From a virus (taxonomy: Duplodnaviria; Caudoviricetes): 63,987 nucleotides of DNA. Of this stretch, positions 8,661-17,031 are shown one piece after another. Numbering within the stretch: position 1 is the first letter of the stretch; every line of letters begins with the position of its first letter. The notes beneath the pieces are model-generated. The model saw nothing but the letters and a program-made list of their open reading frames with translations. It was not told the origin of the DNA and did not search any database. Made by a program: the position numbers and the translations under genes. The stretch lies in IMG/VR virus record IMGVR_UViG_3300047509_000028, positions 1 through 63,987 of that record; one strand, given 5' to 3'.

Positions 8661-8694
8661 GCTGTAATCTTATAAGTAGAAACTTCTACATCCT

Positions 8695-9309
8695 ATGTCC
8701 GTCGATCCTGTCAGCTTTCACGACTCTCTAGTAATACGCGCCCGGAACCTGCGCTTCCGTGGTGCTGGCTCGCCCTATGACTTCCTGTCGGATATCGGTA
8801 TCGTACCTATTAAGGAATTCATCTATAAGGGCAGCATGTTAATCGACGTAGCGGAAACGCTAAACGTGTCGGTAACGCAGCTAAAGAACTGGATAGCCAA
8901 CGAAGGGCTAGAGAGTGAAATAGAAGAAGCAAGCATATCCAGCGCAGAAGGCTACATCGCCAACGGCGAACGGCTACTTAAGTCAGCAGAAAATAAGTTC
9001 CAGCTAGACAAAGCGAAAGCCATGATCGAACATGGCCGCTTCATGGCAAGCAAGAAAGATAAAAAGACCTATGGGAATCAGTTGGAGATCACTGGCGGGC
9101 CAGCACAAGTGCATTACGTCTTTGCCGTACCGGCAACATCACAGGTGATGCTTGATGCACAAGCACCGAAGCAACTAGCCATTGATGCAGAGTTTAACGA
9201 AGTACCGCCTGTAAGGCTTGATCCATTAAATCTTGGCTCTGCTCTACCCGCGCGAGCGACAGCGAGCGTAGAATCCGGCGTAACCGCCGTGGAAGTGCAA
9301 GATGCTTAA
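8695..9309 (+). CDS. terminase small subunit (putative)
   Basis: HTH-like segment, KAKAMIEHGRFMASK...YG motif, overlaps the start of terL. Confidence 0.7.
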   Translation: MSVDPVSFHDSLVIRARNLRFRGAGSPYDFLSDIGIVPIKEFIYKGSMLIDVAETLNVSVTQLKNWIANEGLESEIEEASISSAEGYIANGERLLKSAENKFQLDKAKAMIEHGRFMASKKDKKTYGNQLEITGGPAQVHYVFAVPATSQVMLDAQAPKQLAIDAEFNEVPPVRLDPLNLGSALPARATASVESGVTAVEVQDA

Positions 9310-10804
9310 CGAACAACAAGCGGATACTTCTACCCGCAAAACAGTCGTCTACGAAGCCGAGCCGACACCGGCAAAGCTGCACAATGACCGAGGGCTACAG
9401 TTACAGTATCTAGAAGGCCCGATGGGTAGCAGTAAATCCACGTCCTGCATTATGGAGATACTGATGCGGGCGATGCGGCAGAAACCGCACAAGGGCGTTA
9501 GAAAGTCTCGTTGGGCAGTTGTGCGTAATACGTATGGCGAACTGAAAAGCACGACGATTAAGACATTCCAAGAATGGGTGCCCGACAGCATTGCTCCAAT
9601 CGTTTACTCTATGCCGATCATGTGTAAGTTTAAACAGAAACTCGGTGATGGTACGGCGATGCACCTAGAAGTTCTGTTCATGGCGTTGGACACCCCGGAA
9701 GATGCAGCAAAGCTCTTAAGCCTTGAGCTAACAGGCGCCTACGTGAATGAGGGACGTGAAATACCGTGGGAAGTGGTAGAGTTACTCTTGTCGCGTATCG
9801 ACCGCTATCCGAAAGTAGATGAAGGCGGAGCAACTGAACCGGGGGTGCTAGTAGATTCAAACCCACCAAGAAATTCCCATTGGCTATACAGGAAATTTGA
9901 GGCGGATGATACCGTAAGGCTTGTCGTGCAGAACGCGCAGGGTGAGGATATCAACGTCACATGGAGGAAGTATAAGCAACCGCCTGCGGTCTATAAGGAT
10001 CAGATAACAGAGAAGTGGGTGATTAACCCGGATGCGGAGAACCTTAAACACTTATCTCCTAATTACTACGTCAACCAGATGACGTTGGGGGATGAGCATA
10101 TCCGCGTGAATCTCGCAGGCGAGTACGGCATGAGCCGGAAAGGTACGCCGGTCTTTGCGAAGTTCTCGGAGTTAAAGCACGTCAGTAAAGAGATATTACA
10201 GCCGCGTCGCGGTACGCTAGCACTGATGGGGATAGATTTTGGATTACAGCCTGGGGCTGTTATAGGCCAATTAAGTCACAAAGGATTGATGCTCTTAGAT
10301 GAGATTCCTGCTACGGATGAGTCGTTAGAGGACTTCCTAGATCACTACGTGTTGCCTGTACTGCGTACCAGATATCAGGGATATCAGATTGTAGCCTGCG
10401 GCGATCCGAGCGGCGGCGGTCGGCAGAGTATTAATAAGCTCACTAGTATTGGGGTGATGAACAGTAAGGGCATTAAAACCTACCCTGCTATAACGAATAG
10501 CTTTATCAAGCGTAAGGAAGCGGTAGACTGGTTCCTCGGTCGGGATGAAGGGTTTATTGTAAGCAAGAATCTCACGCATATTAGGGAAGTGATGGGGGCT
10601 GGGTATGTTTACAAAGAACAGCGCAACGCGCAAGGCAAGGTGTTAGATATCCCCGATAAAAATGAGTTTAGCCACGTCGCTGATGCGATTCAGTATCTCT
10701 GCCTGTACGCGCGCTATGGCGGCGGGAGTCTCGCAATGGGCGTTGGCGGGGGCGTGTCCGTGAGCGATGGCGGGCCTCCCAAGAAGCGGCACCTATGGGC
10801 TTGA
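9302..10804 (+). CDS. terL: terminase large subunit
   Basis: GPMGSSKS Walker A, AVVRNTY, YVNE Walker B, DSNPP, nuclease GIDFG and SHVADAIQY. Confidence 0.92.
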   Translation: MLNEQQADTSTRKTVVYEAEPTPAKLHNDRGLQLQYLEGPMGSSKSTSCIMEILMRAMRQKPHKGVRKSRWAVVRNTYGELKSTTIKTFQEWVPDSIAPIVYSMPIMCKFKQKLGDGTAMHLEVLFMALDTPEDAAKLLSLELTGAYVNEGREIPWEVVELLLSRIDRYPKVDEGGATEPGVLVDSNPPRNSHWLYRKFEADDTVRLVVQNAQGEDINVTWRKYKQPPAVYKDQITEKWVINPDAENLKHLSPNYYVNQMTLGDEHIRVNLAGEYGMSRKGTPVFAKFSELKHVSKEILQPRRGTLALMGIDFGLQPGAVIGQLSHKGLMLLDEIPATDESLEDFLDHYVLPVLRTRYQGYQIVACGDPSGGGRQSINKLTSIGVMNSKGIKTYPAITNSFIKRKEAVDWFLGRDEGFIVSKNLTHIREVMGAGYVYKEQRNAQGKVLDIPDKNEFSHVADAIQYLCLYARYGGGSLAMGVGGGVSVSDGGPPKKRHLWA

Positions 10805-10868
10805 CGTGGAGCCGGAAGCGCCCTACGGTCGTCCGGAGAATGCCCCGCCAACACGAAGGGAAAGCGCT

Positions 10869-11177
10869 ATGATTGAGCCAGAGCTTCAGGTCGTCCTACG
10901 TAGGCTTGACTATGTAAGCGACTCGATACAGCAGCATGCTGCGGATGACTTGCAACACCATGCTGCGGTGCTGGCGAGTATAGAAGAAAAGTCCGTAATA
11001 GATAGGGCGGAACGTGCGAAGATAAGTAAGAAAATAGATGAGATAGCTGGGTTGTTTGTTATTTGGAATACAGCGAAAGGACTGCGTAGTATCGTCGTAA
11101 CTTTAGGTAAAGTCGCTATCGGTATCATGGCTATTGGAGCGGCAGTGAAGTTTATACTGACATGGGGCAGGTGGTGA
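10869..11177 (+). CDS. membrane protein of the lysis cassette
   Basis: Coiled coil plus C-terminal TM segment; start reassigned to MIEPEL. Confidence 0.55.
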   Translation: MIEPELQVVLRRLDYVSDSIQQHAADDLQHHAAVLASIEEKSVIDRAERAKISKKIDEIAGLFVIWNTAKGLRSIVVTLGKVAIGIMAIGAAVKFILTWGRW

Positions 11178-11512
11178 ACGAGGACGAGCTATTTAAGATC
11201 GCTACGCTAGTGGTAGCGCTATTGTCTGTTCTAGCTTCCGTATCCGTAGCGGTTATGCAGATACGCGCCATAAAAGAACGGCGAGATAATGCAGATGAGA
11301 CGAGAAGTAACCTTACAGAACTAGCTAAATCAGTAAATGGCGCTAAAACAGCCGCAGAAGCAGCGGCGAAAGCAGCAGGGTATTTTGAAGGGCAAGCTCC
11401 ACATAGCGCACGCGGGGATCAGTTATCTGCGCAGGCTCACGGCGCAAGCGAAGAAGCTAGAAGTATATCAGCGGCAGCGGAACTGGAAATAGCGAAGAAA
11501 CCAAACACATAA
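11174..11512 (+). CDS. N-terminally anchored coiled-coil membrane protein (i-spanin-like topology)
   Basis: One TM helix followed by an Ala-rich coiled coil; GTGA coupling. Confidence 0.5.
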   Translation: MNEDELFKIATLVVALLSVLASVSVAVMQIRAIKERRDNADETRSNLTELAKSVNGAKTAAEAAAKAAGYFEGQAPHSARGDQLSAQAHGASEEARSISAAAELEIAKKPNT

Positions 11513-11525
11513 AGGAGATTTAGAT

Positions 11526-11687
11526 ATGGACATTATCGTATTTATATTACTGTTATCATCGTTTGTATCGTTCGTTATTGCGGCAGCGAAAGCGCCGACG
11601 TTTACGTTCTGGATTGGAGTAGGGTTAGCAGCGTATATCTTGTCCTTGCTGGTTAATACAGGTTTTCATATAGTGCACTTAGGATGA
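11526..11687 (+). CDS. small 2-TM membrane protein (53 aa, holin-like)
   Basis: Read manually: MDIIVFILLLSSFVSFVIAAAKAPTFTFWIGVGLAAYILSLLVNTGFHIVHLG; AAGGAG RBS. Confidence 0.6.
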   Translation: MDIIVFILLLSSFVSFVIAAAKAPTFTFWIGVGLAAYILSLLVNTGFHIVHLG

Positions 11688-11896
11688 CACGTTGGGAGCT
11701 AGTATCTGCTAGTATAGACGCTGGGAACGATACAACGCGAAAAATCGCAGACGATACGAAACTGCTAATGGAATCGGTAGGCGCAACGCTGTATAGGGCA
11801 CATAAGCGGGGGCAAGTGACACGAGTAGCAATGCGCAAGAAGTCAAGTCCAGTACCGTACTTCGTGTATACAAGGACTAAAGATGACCGACGCTAG
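11684..11896 (+). CDS. small winged-helix-like basic protein
   Basis: ATGA coupling; TTRKIADD...SVGATLYR...GQV pattern. Confidence 0.5.
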   Translation: MTRWELVSASIDAGNDTTRKIADDTKLLMESVGATLYRAHKRGQVTRVAMRKKSSPVPYFVYTRTKDDRR

Positions 11897-12266
11897 GACT
11901 GACACGAAGGCTACTATACAGGCTACTTTTGATGGGTTCGATAAAGGTCTGCGAGCGTTTCTCGCGGTAGCAGTTGTGGTAATGGTAGCGGGTATAGTCT
12001 ATATGATGTTTACCCGACAGATACCCGACGCAAGTAGGGAGATTGCGGGCACTGTAGTAGGTGTAATGCTCGCTATACTTAAAGATGTGTATAGTACAGT
12101 ATACAGTACGTCAGCCTCGTCCGCCAAGAAGGATGCAACAATAGCAGAAATAGCTAAATCGGGTAGCCAAAATAGCGGAATGGGCATGGGCGATACTGTA
12201 AGTAAAACAACTAGTAGCACAACGACTTCGCCACCTGCGGAGCCAACAACGGGAGTAACGCAATGA
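11883..12266 (+). CDS. holin-like 2-TM protein
   Basis: Two TM helices then STSASSAKKD, resembling the FGSS..S..KD motif of phage holin-like proteins. Confidence 0.6.
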   Translation: MTDARTDTKATIQATFDGFDKGLRAFLAVAVVVMVAGIVYMMFTRQIPDASREIAGTVVGVMLAILKDVYSTVYSTSASSAKKDATIAEIAKSGSQNSGMGMGDTVSKTTSSTTTSPPAEPTTGVTQ

Positions 12267-12613
12267 AGAAGATTCTTTTAGCAGTACTGATTGCTAGTCT
12301 TATGTGCTGTAAGTCCTTAGTAGGGGCGGGAATTGTTAACAAGATTGACGCGAATGTGACTGCGGTACAGATTGAACAAGCGTGCCAAACGATCAAAACT
12401 GGCGAAGATGCGGTGTTGTTGCTGGCCGCGAACCACCAGCTTTCTAATGCATGGCTTGCAAAGATTAAAGTCGTTATTCCTTTGACGCAGCCGACGTGCA
12501 ATCAGGCCACGTTACCGACTTCGATCCCAACGGCGCAGTATCAGGCACTGCTTGATTACGGCTTGACGTTCACGAATGCGCAAGCGAACCCGCACGGCGC
12601 ACCGGCTAACTAA
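12263..12613 (+). CDS. lipoprotein (possible o-spanin)
   Basis: MKKILLAVLIASLMCC lipoprotein signal inside the lysis cassette. Confidence 0.55.
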   Translation: MKKILLAVLIASLMCCKSLVGAGIVNKIDANVTAVQIEQACQTIKTGEDAVLLLAANHQLSNAWLAKIKVVIPLTQPTCNQATLPTSIPTAQYQALLDYGLTFTNAQANPHGAPAN

Positions 12614-12624
12614 GGGAGTAAATT

Positions 12625-12900
12625 ATGCAGCTTAACTTAAACAATATATTTACCGGGGTTAAGTCGCTTCTCCCGCTTGCTACAGAAGCACTTTCTATTA
12701 TTAATCCGGGGGCTGGCGCAGCGATTTCAGTAGTTAGTAAGATCGCTACGGAGATAGATGCCGCTATTCCTCTTGCGGAAGATTACTTAGCGAAAATGAA
12801 AGCGATCAAAGCTGGATACACGCAGGCCCAGTGGGATGCGTTTAGGGCTAGCAAACAGGCCGATGACGACGCGATTATGGCGTTGCAGCCTACGGTATGA
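12625..12900 (+). CDS. hypothetical amphipathic protein
   Basis: AGGGAG RBS; coupled to the endolysin gene. Confidence 0.6.
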   Translation: MQLNLNNIFTGVKSLLPLATEALSIINPGAGAAISVVSKIATEIDAAIPLAEDYLAKMKAIKAGYTQAQWDAFRASKQADDDAIMALQPTV

Positions 12901-13418
12901 GTACACCTAGCAAGGCGCAGCTTCTACAGCAGTTACGATCCATACAAGGTAACGGACTGCTAATTTATCTCCGTGCGGCTGCCGAAGCGCACGGACTGCC
13001 TGTGGGCTATGTAGTCGCTGTAGCTTCTAGAGAGACGAACTGTGTCAATGAGCTAGGCGATTATCAAGGCGGACAGTATCACGGCGTCGGTATCATGCAA
13101 CGAGATATCCAGCACCCCGAAGCAAAGCAAGCACGCGACGACGGAAGTTGGAAAACCCCGGCAGGAATAAAACTATTAGTCGATGCGGACGTGGAGGAAC
13201 TAGCGCAGAACTGTGGGACGGTGCGCGGGTATTTCGACGACGTAACTGAGGATGATGTATTGCGTATCGCAGCCGATGGGTACAACGACGGTATCAGCAG
13301 GGCACTACGCGACGCAAACGATGGCGGCGATCCAGATCGGCATACGACGGGACACGACTACGGCGAAGATGTAATGGCGCGTAAAGCTGTTTTTGACGTG
13401 CTATTAGGGAGTACATGA
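12897..13418 (+). CDS. endolysin, lysozyme-like/transglycosylase fold
   Basis: ASRETN catalytic Glu, GIMQ, YN.G and D..TTG.DY..DVMAR motifs as in goose-type lysozymes. Confidence 0.8.
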   Translation: MSTPSKAQLLQQLRSIQGNGLLIYLRAAAEAHGLPVGYVVAVASRETNCVNELGDYQGGQYHGVGIMQRDIQHPEAKQARDDGSWKTPAGIKLLVDADVEELAQNCGTVRGYFDDVTEDDVLRIAADGYNDGISRALRDANDGGDPDRHTTGHDYGEDVMARKAVFDVLLGST

Positions 13419-13522
13419 TGCACATTGTATGGATCGTGCTGGCCGTACTTGCGGTATTGGCAGCTATAGCAGGAACCTTTATTTTTATAATGTACCAACT
13501 CGCTAAAGGGATGAGTCGGTGA
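13415..13522 (+). CDS. single-TM peptide (35 aa)
   Basis: Read manually: MMHIVWIVLAVLAVLAAIAGTFIFIMYQLAKGMSR; ATGA overlap and GGGAG RBS. Confidence 0.5.
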   Translation: MMHIVWIVLAVLAVLAAIAGTFIFIMYQLAKGMSR

Positions 13523-13594
13523 GTTTGCTCTACTACGCACTGGAAGTCTTAATCATCTACGGGGTATTATGGCTCTGCTGCCCGAGGCTATCGA

Positions 13595-15670
13595 ATGAGC
13601 GCTAATCTGTCCAGCACGAATCCGTTGCTTACTCCAAAGGACGATAATCCCTTAACTAAATACGGGTTGGGCGAGATTAGCAACGTAAAAGTGCAGAACG
13701 CATTAGCGGCGCATGTTAATAAACAGTTTGAATGGAATAAGCAGCATAAAAGAAATATAGGAATCACCGAACGCCTAATTAGAAACTTACGCGCAAAACG
13801 CTGCGAGTATCAGCCAGACGAAAAACTACTGTTAGGGGAATTCAATAATATCTACGTTGCTATCTGTGCGCTAAAAGCCCGCGCCGCAGAATCATGGCTA
13901 ATAGATATCATCGTTAATAATATCGACAAACCGTGGACACTCAACCCTTCGGTAGAGCCAGATTTGCCAGATAGGCTAAAAGAGCAAGTGATTGATGCAC
14001 TTTTACTTGAACTTCCTGAATTTAAAACCTTCGATGCGCTAAAAGACCGCGCGCAGCAGTTGAAGTCGGCGGTACAGAGTATTGCAGTACAGCAAGCGAC
14101 GGCTACTGTGCAGCGCATGGAAACCCATATTCAGGGACAGCTACAAGAAGGCGGATGGGTCGATACGTTCAGCGCGTTTATCGCAGACTTAGTGGTATTC
14201 CCGGCGGCGATGATACGCGGGCCTATCTCAGTAGGCCGACCGACACCTGAATGGGATGGAGATAACTTTACCATCAAGAATGAATCGGTACTAACTACTA
14301 GAACGATTAGCCCATTTAATGCGTATCCCGCGCCGAATTCTTCGACGTGCCAAGACGGCAATAACTTTATCGAAGCGATAGAATACACGCACTCGGATAT
14401 TCACGACTTAATTAGCGTCCCCTCGTTCTTAGAGTCCAACATACGGCAGGTATTAGATAAGTATGCGTTAGGATATACGCCTACAAGAATTGAAGATTCG
14501 ACAAAGAAAGCGCTAGAAGGCAAAGAGCAGCCGCTTACATCGCATTCGACAGGACTAGAAGTACGTATCTATAATGGCAAGATCATAGGGAAGATGCTTG
14601 CCGAAAATGGGGTACTAATCTCCGACCCGCAGAAGTTCTATGAATGCGAAGTATGGGTGATTGGCGAGTACGTTATACGTGCGGTGCTGAACCCGAATCC
14701 ATTAGGTAAACGGCCTATTTACGGCACGTCCTACGTTAAGGTAAACGGCTCGTTTTGGGGCCAAAGCGTTATTGATACAGTGTACGATGTAATGCGCGTA
14801 TGCAATGCCGCATGCCGATCCATCGTACGCAACATGGGCTACGCAAGCGGGCCGGTCGGTGAAGTAGATGCAGGCAGGTTAGCTCCGGGCGAGGACGGCA
14901 CCGAGATAGAACCCTATAAGATATTCCAAGTCGGGCCTGACTTGACCGGCACAGGTGGAGCAGCTTTCAAGTTCCATAATGTGTCGATGATCGCAGGCGA
15001 ACTGAAAGAAGTCTTTGAGTACTACATGAAGTTAGCGGATGATTTATCTGGCGTACCCGCTTACGTACTAGGTAATCCGCAAGTGGCAGGCGCAGGTAGA
15101 ACACTTGGCGGACTTAGTATGCTGATGGGCAACGCTGCGAAGGGCATTAAAAACGTACAGCTTAACATCGACCGTGACGTGATTACGGGTGTAGTGGATG
15201 CGTATTACTACTATAACATGGTCGTGTCTACCGATAACGGCATTAAAGCAGACGCGAAGGTGGTAGCGCGCGGCGCGACGGGTCTGCTACAGCGGGAGTT
15301 GGCGCAGACAAGAACAGTGGAGATACTGCAACTGCTTACGCCGTATGCGCAACAAGGACTGGTATCGCCGCAGGGTATTGAGTACTTACTACGCGAAGTG
15401 TTGAAGCCAACGGGTATGGACATAGACAAGATCATACCTGATCCCGACAAAGCATCCAGCGAGAATGAAATAGGGACGTTGTTGGGGGGACAAGGGCAGT
15501 CTCCATCACCACCGCCACCTGCACTACCGCAGCAAGGAGGCCCACAAACGCCCGTACTAAATACGGGGACTAATACGCCGCCTAGATTACCAGCACAGAG
15601 TCAGCCACCTTTACCTACACCGAATATGCAACCGTTCCCAAAACCAGTTAATCTTCCACAAGGAGCATAA
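13595..15670 (+). CDS. portal protein
   Basis: 691 aa, located between terminase and scaffold/capsid; ADDLSGVP..G...GAGRT..GLSML pattern of podovirus portals. Confidence 0.85.
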   Translation: MSANLSSTNPLLTPKDDNPLTKYGLGEISNVKVQNALAAHVNKQFEWNKQHKRNIGITERLIRNLRAKRCEYQPDEKLLLGEFNNIYVAICALKARAAESWLIDIIVNNIDKPWTLNPSVEPDLPDRLKEQVIDALLLELPEFKTFDALKDRAQQLKSAVQSIAVQQATATVQRMETHIQGQLQEGGWVDTFSAFIADLVVFPAAMIRGPISVGRPTPEWDGDNFTIKNESVLTTRTISPFNAYPAPNSSTCQDGNNFIEAIEYTHSDIHDLISVPSFLESNIRQVLDKYALGYTPTRIEDSTKKALEGKEQPLTSHSTGLEVRIYNGKIIGKMLAENGVLISDPQKFYECEVWVIGEYVIRAVLNPNPLGKRPIYGTSYVKVNGSFWGQSVIDTVYDVMRVCNAACRSIVRNMGYASGPVGEVDAGRLAPGEDGTEIEPYKIFQVGPDLTGTGGAAFKFHNVSMIAGELKEVFEYYMKLADDLSGVPAYVLGNPQVAGAGRTLGGLSMLMGNAAKGIKNVQLNIDRDVITGVVDAYYYYNMVVSTDNGIKADAKVVARGATGLLQRELAQTRTVEILQLLTPYAQQGLVSPQGIEYLLREVLKPTGMDIDKIIPDPDKASSENEIGTLLGGQGQSPSPPPPALPQQGGPQTPVLNTGTNTPPRLPAQSQPPLPTPNMQPFPKPVNLPQGA

Positions 15671-15673
15671 GAA

Positions 15674-15865
15674 ATGAGCAGTATGTACGGCAAAGCAGAC
15701 GGCATTTGCGGGTTCGGTACGTCCTATCCGAGTACCCCTGCTAGCAATGTTAAGAGTACCGGCAATAGTTTCGGTACGAAAGAAGCGGTAAAGGGGGTAA
15801 AGAATGTACCGCTTACAAAGCCAAATAAAGTAGGCCCGAAGAAGTTTTCGGCGCGCGGTAAGTAA
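15674..15865 (+). CDS. small basic hypothetical protein
   Basis: AAGGAG RBS; TAATG coupling to the next gene. Confidence 0.6.
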   Translation: MSSMYGKADGICGFGTSYPSTPASNVKSTGNSFGTKEAVKGVKNVPLTKPNKVGPKKFSARGK

Positions 15866-16065
15866 TGAAAGAGGGTACGTTGCGGGATTTTAAACAGGCG
15901 ATAGCGACGGGTATTAATCGCCCGTTGCTAGTTTATTATGAAGAAAGGCTGCAAGACGCAATGCAGGGGTTGCTAGTGGCAAACGAAGAAACATTTAAGC
16001 AAAATCAGGGTAGATGTTTAGAGTTACAAGAGTTAATCAAACTAATCAAAAGTATAAGGGAGTAA
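15865..16065 (+). CDS. small head-module protein
   Basis: QG...L..L motif common in small genes between portal and scaffold. Confidence 0.6.
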   Translation: MKEGTLRDFKQAIATGINRPLLVYYEERLQDAMQGLLVANEETFKQNQGRCLELQELIKLIKSIRE

Positions 16066-16069
16066 TACA

Positions 16070-17008
16070 ATGGCACTGCCAGCAAGTGCGCAAGCACAAA
16101 AAGATGCGTTAGAAGCCGCAGGTACGAGTAACGTGAAGCCGATTGAGCCGGTGAAGCCGGTAGAAGTTGTACCGGCCGAAGGTAAAGTCACGATTTCGCG
16201 GGAGGAATTCAATGAAATGCAGGCGGCAGCGGATCGGGTCAAAGCGGCGGAAGGCCGCACTGAGATTCTACAAGGCGATTTGGAGGTCTTGCAGCGCCGC
16301 TTGACAGACTTGGAAACTGCCTCTAAGGGTAAGTCCAGTAGCGATCCTGCACCTGCGCCTGCGCCGGTCGTGGCGATCCCAGCGGTTGCTTATACCGACA
16401 AAGAAAAAGAGGATTACGGCGAGAGCAAGGACTATATCAGGAAAGTAGGCGCAGAGCTTTTAAGTGAAGTAATGCTACCCGCGTTTAAGACGTACGACGA
16501 TAGGCTAGCAGCATTAGAGGAAAAGCTAAATACCGTTAATACCGTAGCAACGCAAGCCAGTCAGCGTACCGCGCAGTCAGCACAGAAGTCGTACACCGAC
16601 AAGGTACGTGAGAAAGTTCCAGAGTTTGATGAATGCGTAAATAGTAAGCACTGGCCTTCGTTTGTGCAAGCAATGGAAGGTATGTCGGGGCTAACATACG
16701 CGGAGTGCATACAAAATAACCTAAACCGCGAAAATGTTGACGGCATGGTCAATGTATTTAATACCTTCAAAACGAAGTACGGTATAGGTAAGAAACCAGA
16801 CGATAGTGGGTATGTAGGAGCAAATCCGTCAGGTACTACAGAAACACCGAACGATGGAACCGAAGGGAAAGAAGTTCTTAAGTTTAGCGACCGTAAAGAT
16901 TTAAACAAAAGGTTCATGTCTGGTAAGATAACCCAAGACGAGTATCAGACTGAAAGGGCAAAGTACGAGTTAGCTGAGAAAGAAGGGCGTCTTAACTACG
17001 ACGCATAA
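16070..17008 (+). CDS. capsid scaffolding protein
   Basis: Acidic coiled coil directly upstream of the capsid gene; C-terminal AEKEGR motif. Confidence 0.75.
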   Translation: MALPASAQAQKDALEAAGTSNVKPIEPVKPVEVVPAEGKVTISREEFNEMQAAADRVKAAEGRTEILQGDLEVLQRRLTDLETASKGKSSSDPAPAPAPVVAIPAVAYTDKEKEDYGESKDYIRKVGAELLSEVMLPAFKTYDDRLAALEEKLNTVNTVATQASQRTAQSAQKSYTDKVREKVPEFDECVNSKHWPSFVQAMEGMSGLTYAECIQNNLNRENVDGMVNVFNTFKTKYGIGKKPDDSGYVGANPSGTTETPNDGTEGKEVLKFSDRKDLNKRFMSGKITQDEYQTERAKYELAEKEGRLNYDA

Positions 17009-17031
17009 AGTAATTAACTAGGAGCATAGAA

